From: an uncultured Acidobacteriaceae bacterium
GTDB lineage: Bacteria > Acidobacteriota > Terriglobia > Terriglobales > Acidobacteriaceae
Direction of reading: 5' to 3'
DNA: 64,000 nt
Assembly: GCA_963798925.1 (NCBI GenBank)
Contig: CAWCVD010000007.1
Span: 318,805 to 382,804, forward strand
Both the position numbers and the translations under genes were made by a program. Every line of letters begins with the position of its first letter. Position 1 is the stretch's first letter. The notes below the pieces were generated by a model, which saw nothing but the letters and a program-made list of their open reading frames with translations, was not told the origin of the DNA and did no database searches. This document shows, piece after piece, positions 46,889 through 54,906 of the stretch.

Positions 46889-47661
46889 TCGAGCTAACCC
46901 GAATGAAATCGTCGCCCAATATTGATTCGCTGAGGTCCGAAGGGTTGCTGACGCTGATTCTCGCTATCTATTTATCACTATCAGCAGTTTCGCTGCTTTC
47001 GGCACAAACTAGTGGAGTTCACAAATCGAGTGAATCCAAACCCAATGTTGCAGCCGCATCTCTGAGTTCTTACTTGGAGAGAGTGCGAACGGAAAACTCG
47101 AATATTCAAGCCGCGCCTGGTTCTATCTGGATCGATAATGGACGATTCACTCGAATGGTGACGGATGTGCGCGCAATGCGGCCTCATGACCTGATCTCGG
47201 TTGTGGTCTCAGAAAGCCTTGCAGCCTCTACAGATGGAACCGTTAAAAACTCGCGAGCTTCCAATGCGAGTTCTGCAATCTCAGGCTTAATTGGAACTTT
47301 GCATGCGGGAAATGCGCTTCAAAATCTCATCAACCAGACATCATCCTCGGGACTAAACGCGCAAGGAACTAGCGCGACAAATTCCAGTCTAAGCACGACT
47401 TTCGGTGGCCAGGTCATCGAAGTACTCCCAAACGGAATGCTTGTGATCGAGGCCGCTCGGCAGGTCGAGTTCAGCCAACAGACACAGACGATTGTCCTGC
47501 GTGGATTGGTCCGGCCTGAGGATATCTCCCAACAGAATCAAGTTCTGTCGACTGCCATATCGAGCCTTGAGTTAGAAGTTCGGGGCAAGGGGATCATAGA
47601 TGACTACACACATCGCCAGAATGTACTTGTGCGGCTTCTGCAAAAGGTATTGATCTTCTAA
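46885..47661 (+). CDS. flgH: flagellar L-ring protein FlgH
   Basis: GTGA overlap with flgA (alternative ATG 46903). GSIW..., LVIEAARQVEFSQQTQTIVLRGLVRPEDISQQNQVLSTAI. Confidence 0.85.
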   Translation: MIELTRMKSSPNIDSLRSEGLLTLILAIYLSLSAVSLLSAQTSGVHKSSESKPNVAAASLSSYLERVRTENSNIQAAPGSIWIDNGRFTRMVTDVRAMRPHDLISVVVSESLAASTDGTVKNSRASNASSAISGLIGTLHAGNALQNLINQTSSSGLNAQGTSATNSSLSTTFGGQVIEVLPNGMLVIEAARQVEFSQQTQTIVLRGLVRPEDISQQNQVLSTAISSLELEVRGKGIIDDYTHRQNVLVRLLQKVLIF

Positions 47662-47671
47662 GTGGGGAACC

Positions 47672-48841
47672 ATGCGTTCTGAATTGGCTAGACCGGGAGT
47701 GTCACAAATTTCACGATGGTGGAAGAGCAACGTCTATTGTTGGACTACGGTTGCGCTCCTGATCTCTGCTTCCACCTGGACCTCGGCCTTGGATCCGGGT
47801 GCGCCCAGGCAGGCGCGCGTCAAGGACATCTCGTCAATCGAAGGTATTCGGGACAATCAACTGGTTGGCTACGGCATTGTCGTAGGTCTTCAGGGAACTG
47901 GCGATACACAGCAAACTGCCTTTCCGATCCAAACGCTAGCAGCGACACTGCTCCGAATGGGGGTGAGTGTTCCAGCGTCTTCGATCCGCGTACAGAATCT
48001 GGCCGCGGTCTTCATCTCGGCAACGCTGCCTCCTTTCGCACGATCAGGTACAAAACTGGATATCACGGTATCTTCGGCGGGTGATGCGAGGAGTCTCGAA
48101 GGTGGCTTGCTTCTGATGACACCTCTATATGGAGCGGATGGAAAGATCTATGCCCAGGCTCAGGGATCACTAGTAGTCGGAGGGTATTCGGTTGCCGCGA
48201 ATGGAAATGTAAAGCAGTTCAACCATCCCAATACAGCCAGGGTTCCTTTCGGGGCTATTGTGGAACGCGGAGTTTCGTTGGACTTGGACGGGAAGAATCG
48301 GTTTTCTTTGTTGCTGAATGATGCTGATTTCCGTAGCGCGGAGGCGATGGCTAGCGCTATCAACCAATCGCTCAAGCGGCCAGCGGCTCGAGTGTTGGAT
48401 AGTCGGAGAATTGAGTTGTCGGTTGATCAAGGGCAAGAGGTCCCTGCGCTGCTGGCGGAGGTCGAATCGATTGAAGTTCCTGTTTTCCCTCGGTCCAAGG
48501 TAGTTGTCAACGAGCGCACGGGAACGGTGGTTATCGGAGGGACGGTTGTCTTGCAGCCAGTATCGATTTTGCATGGCGGTTTGGCGGTGAATGTAGTCAG
48601 TGAGTTTCACGTATCGCAGCCAAGTGCCTTCTCCTCGGGCGGGACGACTCAGGTTGTGCAGCAGACAAGAATCGATACACAGGACAAGCCGGTCAGTCGG
48701 ATCGAGTTGAAGCAAGGAGCGACAGTGGATGATCTTGTTCGCAGCTTGCAGACAATCGGAGCCTCGGCGCGTGACGTCATCTCGATTCTTCAGGCGATGA
48801 AATCCGCCGGTGCGCTAGAGGCGGAGATTGAGGTGTTATGA
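47672..48841 (+). CDS. flgI: flagellar P-ring protein FlgI
   Basis: RVKDISSIEGIRDNQLVGYGIVVGLQGTGD ... LQAMKSAGALEAEIEV. Confidence 0.92.
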   Translation: MRSELARPGVSQISRWWKSNVYCWTTVALLISASTWTSALDPGAPRQARVKDISSIEGIRDNQLVGYGIVVGLQGTGDTQQTAFPIQTLAATLLRMGVSVPASSIRVQNLAAVFISATLPPFARSGTKLDITVSSAGDARSLEGGLLLMTPLYGADGKIYAQAQGSLVVGGYSVAANGNVKQFNHPNTARVPFGAIVERGVSLDLDGKNRFSLLLNDADFRSAEAMASAINQSLKRPAARVLDSRRIELSVDQGQEVPALLAEVESIEVPVFPRSKVVVNERTGTVVIGGTVVLQPVSILHGGLAVNVVSEFHVSQPSAFSSGGTTQVVQQTRIDTQDKPVSRIELKQGATVDDLVRSLQTIGASARDVISILQAMKSAGALEAEIEVL

Positions 48842-49155
48842 AGATTAGCTCTGATGTTTCGAGTCAGTCGGCGACATTTCAGGAACAGAGGCGAGCCAAA
48901 TTGGTCGATGCTTCGCAACAGTTTGAGGCGGCTATGCTTCAAGAGCTGCTGAAGCCCATGCAGCATGGCCAGGGTGATTGGGATGGCGATGGTAAGAACG
49001 ACGACTCGGCCTCAGACACGATGAGCAGTTTTGGCACCGAAGCGGTTGCGAAGGCTATCTCGGAAAGAGGCGGATTTGGGCTAGCGAAGATGATTGTCGC
49101 GAAGGTAACACTGAAGCACGAGAAAAATTCCGAAAAGAACACGGCTCAGTACTAA
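48838..49155 (+). CDS. flgJ: rod-binding protein (FlgJ N-terminal domain only, no muramidase domain)
   Basis: ATGA overlap with flgI. AKLVDASQQFEAAMLQELLKPM motif; only 105 aa. Confidence 0.7.
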   Translation: MKISSDVSSQSATFQEQRRAKLVDASQQFEAAMLQELLKPMQHGQGDWDGDGKNDDSASDTMSSFGTEAVAKAISERGGFGLAKMIVAKVTLKHEKNSEKNTAQY

Positions 49156-49179
49156 AGTTTGTCAGTTTGCCGCCGATAT
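49153..49179 (+). promoter_or_regulatory. sigma-28 (FliA)-type promoter upstream of flgM
   Basis: TAAA (49153-56), N15, then GCCGATAT (49172-79), against the consensus TAAA-N15-GCCGATAA. 24 nt upstream of the flgM ATG, which has a GGAGG SD. Confidence 0.6.
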
Positions 49180-49202
49180 ATTCAAGTAGACGGAGGATTA
49201 CG

Positions 49203-49502
49203 ATGAGTTTTATCAGTGGTTTAGGTAGTTTGCAGGCTGGGGGCGGCAGGGTGGCACCCTCAGAGACAAAGCCGGTCAAGGCGATCCCACCCGAAGGGCA
49301 GGTCGAAGGAACGGTCGCTGATGTGCAGCATGGGGATCAGACAGAGCTGAGTTCGACCGGCGGCTTGGTGGCTCAGGCGCTGGAGAGTTCCGATGTACGG
49401 ACTGCCAAGGTTGCGGCTCTGCAGCAGGCGATAGTCACCGGAACCTACAACGTGCCATCGTCCGGCGTGGCAGACAAGATTATCCAGTCCTTGTTGGAAT
49501 AG
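49203..49502 (+). CDS. flgM: anti-sigma-28 factor FlgM
   Basis: ~100 aa. C-terminal DVRTAKVAALQQAIVTGTYNVPSSGVADKII matches the FlgM sigma-binding region. ATG 49203 within ORF 49167..49502. Confidence 0.75.
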   Translation: MSFISGLGSLQAGGGRVAPSETKPVKAIPPEGQVEGTVADVQHGDQTELSSTGGLVAQALESSDVRTAKVAALQQAIVTGTYNVPSSGVADKIIQSLLE

Positions 49503-49504
49503 CT

Positions 49505-49765
49505 ATGGCCTGCGAGCAAAGTCTAGCCGCCATTCTTGATGAGACCGCCGAAGCTCTCAGCCATCTTGATCTGATCAAGCTTCAGGGTTTGGAGCAACGG
49601 ATCCTTCTGTTGGCACAGAGTAGCGCGAGGTTGGAAACGAACGGAATCGATATTTTGCTCCCGAAGAGAAGTCGATTGGAGATCATTCTTCAGAATTGCA
49701 AAGTCAACCTGGATGCGCTGAGGCGTCTCCATGCCAGGAATGCGAGGAAGCAATGGGCACAATAA
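49505..49765 (+). CDS. flgN: possible FlgN-like export chaperone
   Basis: Small helical protein in the flgM-flgN-flgK position. Sequence signature is weak. Confidence 0.4.
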   Translation: MACEQSLAAILDETAEALSHLDLIKLQGLEQRILLLAQSSARLETNGIDILLPKRSRLEIILQNCKVNLDALRRLHARNARKQWAQ

Positions 49766-51157
49766 GCTCTTTAGTCGATATCGCGCAGCAGGCGCTTCTA
49801 GCCGACCAGGAGGCCCTTAACGTTACTTCAAACAATGTCGCGAATCAGAACACCGCCGGGTACACGCGGGAGGTTGTAAGCTTTCAGTCGGTTGACGCCG
49901 TTACGTTGAGTGGGAGCGCGGTCGGCACCGGTGTTACGGCGACGGCTACCTCGCAGCGGGACCGGGTTCTGGAGCAGCAAGTGCAGCAACAGACTCAGGT
50001 TCAGGCGCAGTCAGGGGCACTCGAATCCGCGTTGGAGCAGATTCAAAATACCTTCGGCCTTAGCTCAACGTCCAGCTCTGCCAGTTCGACGGCGCTTGGT
50101 ACCGCGACCGACTCCTTTTTCAGTGCGCTCTCATCATTGGCGGCCAATCCTTCGGATACGGCGACCCGGCAGAGTGTGTTAAGTGCGGCCAATGCTCTGG
50201 CTGGGGCTCTTAACTCCGCAGCCAATCAGCTGGCGCAGACTTCTTCGAGCCTGAATCAACAGGTTGCGGGCGATGTCGGCCAGGTGAACTCGCTCACAAC
50301 GACGATTGCATCGCTCAATGCTGAGATATCCTCCCTCAGTCCCAACGCGGATGCCGGTAGTCTGGAAGATCAGCGGCAGCTTGCGATCACGCAATTGTCT
50401 CAACTGGTCGGCCTGGATCAGATTTCGACCGAACAGAACGGCATTACTTTGACGACGAGCGGCGGCGCGGTTCTGGTTAGCGGCAGCAAGGCATTTGCGA
50501 TGGGCACGACGCAGGTTGGGGGGACCACCCACATCTTAGCCGGAGTTGGCGGACAGGATGTAACTTCGAGCCTGACTGGGAGGCGATCTTGGCGGCGTTC
50601 TCGCGGCGAGAGACAAGCAGTTGCCGAGTTACCAGAGCGCTCTCGACACATTGGCTTTCAGCATCGGCACAAAAGTCAATCAGCAGAACGAGCTTGGAGT
50701 TGATGCCAGCGGCAATCCCGGGGCGGCACTCTTTACTCTTCCGACATCGGCGAGCGGAGCTGCAGTGCAGATCCAGGTCGCCACAACCAATCCCAGTGCG
50801 ATGGCTGCGGCTGCCTCTGGCGAAGGGTCAGCCGGGAACACGAACGCTTCGGCGCTGGCTGCTCTTTCGACCGCCGCGATCGCAGGTGGTCAGACGGCTT
50901 CGGGATTTCTTACCTCCTTTCTTGGCCAGGTCGGCAGCGATACTGCCGCGGCGAAGACCAATAACAGTGCGCAGCAGGCGACGCTGACGCAGTTGACGAC
51001 ACAGAGAGATTCGCTCTCCGGCGTGTCACTGGACGAAGAGGCGTCAAATCTAACGCAGTATCAAAGGGCTTATCAGGCGGCGTCGCAGGTGTTCAACATT
51101 GCCAATTCGATCATGGCCAGTGCTCTGAACCTTGGGGTCGAGACGACTGTGACCTAA
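49753..51157 (+). pseudogene. flgK: flagellar hook-associated protein 1 FlgK, interrupted by one frameshift
   Basis: N-terminal part in ORF 49696..50703 from ATG 49753 (LNVTSNNVANQNTAGYTRE). After ...SSLTG the family continuation GDLGGVLAARDKQLPSYQSALDTLAF... runs to the C-terminal GVSLDEEASNLTQYQRAYQAASQV in the frame of ORF 50621..51157. The shift is at about 50578-50583. Confidence 0.75.
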
Positions 51158-51208
51158 TGGCCGATTAGCCATTGCCGAATTCCAAGACTAAAGCTGAGGA
51201 GCATGATC

Positions 51209-52108
51209 ATGAGAGTAGATCCGAACTATATAACCAATTTGTCGGTGTCGCTGGACCAGTCGACCAAGGAGGAGGATACGTTGACCTCCGAGTTGTCGAG
51301 CGGATTGCGCGTCGCCTCACTCTCGGATGATCCGGTTGCGGCGGAACAGAGCATGCTGCTTGGGAGTTCGATTGCGCAGGACGATACCTTCGTGCAGACC
51401 GCTTCCGATGAAGCGTCGCGGATGCAGGTTGCTGATTCGACGTTGGGCGAAGTCGTCAGCGAGGTGACCAGTGCGATTTCGACGGCCGTCTCGGGTAACA
51501 ATGGGACGGACAATGCGAGCGATGTTGCCAGCGTTGCTCAAACGTTGAGCGGAGTTCGCGATCAGGTGCTTTCCCTGGCGAATACGAGCTACCAGGGGCA
51601 GTATTTGTTTGGCGGTAGCGACGGTTCAGTTGCTCCTTTCTCTCTTGATACGACGACCGATCCGGCGACGGCGAATTATGCCGGAGACAATAAAATTCAA
51701 TATGCTGAGACTCCCAGCGGACAGAAGATTCAGGTCAATCTTCCGGGATCCGCCGTGTTCGGTAATGGGAGCTCCGGCGTGCTGGGAGCGTTGAATAAGT
51801 TGATCTCAGATTTCTCTGGTGGTGCGGCGTCGGCTACGATTGCGACGGACACCTCCGCGCTGACTGCGGCGCTAGGTCAGTTGTCCTCGCAGCGTTCGAC
51901 GCTCGACAGTGCGCTGAGCCGGCTACAGTCGAATAGCATGTATGTGCAGACTGAAGAGACCCAGTTGACCGTCGCGCAGGGCAACCTGGTGTCTGCGGAT
52001 CCAGCGACGGTCGCGACCCAACTGTCTCAGGCTGAGACCCAGCATCAGGCTTTGCTGAGCGTGATTAATGCTCTAGGGAGTTCGGACCTGTTTGGCCTGA
52101 TGAAGTAA
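51209..52108 (+). CDS. flgL: flagellar hook-associated protein 3 FlgL
   Basis: MRVDPNYI...SSGLRVASLSDDPVAA ... flagellin-like C-terminal helix. GAGGAG lies 9 nt before ATG 51209. Confidence 0.8.
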   Translation: MRVDPNYITNLSVSLDQSTKEEDTLTSELSSGLRVASLSDDPVAAEQSMLLGSSIAQDDTFVQTASDEASRMQVADSTLGEVVSEVTSAISTAVSGNNGTDNASDVASVAQTLSGVRDQVLSLANTSYQGQYLFGGSDGSVAPFSLDTTTDPATANYAGDNKIQYAETPSGQKIQVNLPGSAVFGNGSSGVLGALNKLISDFSGGAASATIATDTSALTAALGQLSSQRSTLDSALSRLQSNSMYVQTEETQLTVAQGNLVSADPATVATQLSQAETQHQALLSVINALGSSDLFGLMK

Positions 52109-52145
52109 CGCTCTTTCCTGCGGCGTCATGAATTCAACCTGGGGA

Positions 52146-52435
52146 CCCCCTCCTACCCTGTTTTTGCGCAAAGTCTTCATAAGACGTAACTTACCTTTGG
52201 ACTAAGTCTATTAGTCTGCCTAATTCAAGGGCTTGAGATTCAAAGTCTTCTTTCTAAATAAGTTAGCCCCGGAGGGTCTATTTTCCCAGGGGCTTGCTTG
52301 TTTTCCCCACGGGGCTTGCTTGTTTTTGATCTATATATCTAGTGTAGCGGGTTGACCATAACTAAAATGCCACGCGGATGTTGTTATTGGGTAACAGGTT
52401 AGGTGGTTTTGGGACTTGACACGCCATTATTGGGC
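52146..52435 (-). repeat. right arm of the inverted repeat flanking the motility module
   Basis: rc 52325-52435 matches 43441-43551 (89/111). rc 52146-52205 matches 43639-43696 and 27974-28034. The middle part carries extra GC hairpins (AGCCCCGG..., CCCCACGGGG). Confidence 0.8.
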
Positions 52436-52557
52436 TGTTCTTGGAATAAAACGCTCTAAGTGACTGATGGAACAATGGTTAACTAGGATACGTTGGGCGG
52501 GCTCCAAAGGGGGTGGGGCAGCATGGAAAACGTGGAGAGCGAACGGTTGTCCGATAG

Positions 52558-52594
52558 AAAGCAGATTCCTCCGCTGTGCTGCGGAATGACAAGG
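52558..52594 (-). repeat. REP-like hairpin element, copy 2
   Basis: Its reverse complement CCTTGTCATTCCGCAGCACAGCGGAGGAATCTGCTTT is 36/37 identical to 13003-13039. Confidence 0.7.
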
Positions 52595-52717
52595 CATAGG
52601 GTGCGGAATTATAAGGATGCGTGGATCCACAAGGATGCTGTGGACCGACGAGGAGGCTAGGGACTGACAAGGAGGCTGGGGACTGACAAGGAGGCTGTGG
52701 AATGACGTGCGAGACAG
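52583..52717. repeat. tandem array of about seven 18-22 nt units seeded from the REP arm
   Basis: Units start at 52583, 52605, 52623, 52642, 52661, 52680 and 52699. Best copies are GGACTGACAAGGAGGCTGG, GGACTGACAAGGAGGCTGT and GGACCGACGAGGAGGCTAG. Confidence 0.75.
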
Positions 52718-52929
52718 CGGAACGGTCCGCGCGAAGGACCGGCAAAGTCAAAGACTATGGCGATCAGTTTGTTCAGTTTTTCAGTCAGGGACGGCAATAG
52801 CAAAGACGAGGTGACGGTAAGGCAAGAGCGGAGAAATTGGGCTACAGGTCCGGAGCATTAACGAGAGTCATACGAGAAGACGGGAACGGTGCGATGAAAT
52901 TTTGTGGCTTGATCCCTTTTCGATGGAAC

Positions 52930-54418
52930 TCATCTTGGGATGAGGGTGAAGCTTTCGATGGAAACTTTGGCTCCGGCACGGGCGCGCTCGGGGGCGGGCA
53001 CGAAGAAGATTGTGATCTCGTCAAATCGATGGATTGTGGCCGAACTCGAGATGGGGAATCGAAGTACCTCTTCTACAGGCGGGCGGTTTAGTGGAATCTG
53101 AGCAGGTTTGCTGGATGCGATTGTTCGCAGCCCAAGGTCGTGGGATGGCTCTCCTATGGAGCTTGAGTCTGCGAGACGTAGACCGAGTGCGATTATTCCG
53201 GGGCGGACGTCATTATTGGTAATGGCAACTTCGATTTCACTGCAACAGGTCAGGTCGATCGAGGTGCCTAGATTCTGGTAGGCCGCCATCAACAGAGGCG
53301 CCGAATTGGTGGAGTGCACATTGGCGTAGGTAGACCTTCCGTGAGCTATATGAGCGCGTGGTCCTGGCCGCTTGCTAGGTGCTTTGAAGTACCAGTATTG
53401 CCCGTCAAAGGGAATTACTACAGGTTTGGCTGCCCTTCCATTTGCGAGCGAATCGGCGGTGCGGCCTGGGTGGCACGATCTCTGTCTTTTTTATCGGCGG
53501 CGGCCATAGGATGATGCCGACGTATTCAGAGCCGGGTACGTCTGCTTCGGTTGATTCGTGGGTAAACAGGGCCGGCTTATGAGATGGCCTATTTGAGGCA
53601 TACGATTTACCTCCGAGCCAAGGAATGAGTGAAAGCATTGTGAAGACGATGGCGAGTGCGCAGAGCAAGATCGACTGTCTGCTGCCGGTAAATCTCTCCT
53701 TCGCTCTCGGATCGCTCCAACGCCAGACGAACGTGACGAGACAGGTCGAGAGCAGGATGCCGGCGACGATGAGATACCCCGCGGCAGCGAAGATGAGGGC
53801 TGTTTGACCGCAGATTGCCATGAAGAAGGCGCGCATGGGACGGAAGCCGGCTATGGGTAGGCCATAGAGACTTGGCAGGTCGCTGGTGTACCAGGCCTGA
53901 GGTTTTTCCTGCCCTGATTCGGCGGTTGCTGGGAACAGGCGTCTGACACTCAGGACCAAAGTGATGGCAGCGAAGGCTAGAGCCAGGAACATGGAGGGCG
54001 ATTGCTGGCGATAGAGCAGGGTGATGCAGGGGAAAAATATCCAGCCGACTCCCGCTTTCTTCGATAAGGAGATCAGGCTGAAGGAAGGTTTGATTTTGAG
54101 AAAGAGCCAGGGAATTGAAGTTCCTACGGCACCCACGACAGCGGTGACGGCAATGTATTTGATGGAGAGAGAGAAGATCGTGGTCCATGAGAGGGTGTGC
54201 GCCTTCGGCAACTGGCAAGCGAGAGATGCGATCATGGCTGCCGAAAGGCAACCTGTAACGATCAGTAACCCTGTTTCATTGGGATCTGAGTCGCCAGGTG
54301 GGAGTGCAGCTAAACGGTTCGTTCTGCGAGAAGCATCTTTGGGGGCAGAGTCTGCGGACTCATCTCTCAACGCGGAAGGTAGTTGCAGTGGACTCATGTC
54401 GCGATATACAGCCCTCAC
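52930..54418 (-). pseudogene. multi-pass membrane protein with C-terminal soluble domain, split by a frameshift
   Basis: ORF 53405..54418 (several TM helices) ends ...YVGIILWPPPIKKTEIVPP... A second frame is open from about 53490 and reads ...AAKPVVIPFDGQYWYFKAPSKRPGPRAHIAHG... into ORF 52930..53319. No family recognised. Confidence 0.55.
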
Positions 54419-54542
54419 TCCTTCCGTTGGAGGTTGGTTCTCGGGTAGCTATGCAACCTGCGACGTTCGACTCAATCAAATAGTATTCTACATAGCCCCT
54501 GATGAGGTGGGCATCGACGCTTATACTTAAGGGGAGACGACT

Positions 54543-54776
54543 GTGATGGGTGAGGAGTTGAGGTTTCTGTGGAATGCGACGCGTGGCAACCGGTTGCGGC
54601 CCTGGCGTAGCCCCTATCTTCGGTGGCGGCTGGAGACCTACTCGGGCCAGAAGGCAGAGACGGTTGAGGCGCGCGACTTCTGGAAATTGTTTTGGAAGGA
54701 GAAGAGACAGTTGCTGAGGTTTCTGCGTTGGACGCGGGAGATGCGAGGACTGACCGAGCCGGAGCAGAAAACGTAG
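54543..54776 (+). CDS. hypothetical small Trp/Arg-rich protein
   Basis: 77 codons, GTG start, G-ending codon bias matching local + strand genes. No family recognised. Confidence 0.4.
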   Translation: MMGEELRFLWNATRGNRLRPWRSPYLRWRLETYSGQKAETVEARDFWKLFWKEKRQLLRFLRWTREMRGLTEPEQKT

Positions 54777-54906
54777 GTTGAAGTGGCGCGAGTTTTTTGA
54801 TTCCGTCGATATCCGGTTTGACTGAGGCTTTTTTTTGCGATCGTTTACATTGATTTGACATGCTGGTTGCGCGCAAAGGCGGTCCGCGCTGGTTATGATG
54901 GAGATC

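Noticed and set aside
51160-51167. Second sigma-28 promoter before flgL (GCCGATTA)
   Set aside because: The -10-like octamer has no TAAA at the required 15-nt distance (AGAC instead). It lies across the flgK stop codon (the stop's final base plus the first 7 nt of the flgK-flgL gap).
52583-52717. Possible CRISPR array
   Set aside because: The units are 18-22 nt and directly abutting with no spacers, they degenerate quickly, and no cas genes are nearby. This is a simple tandem repeat.
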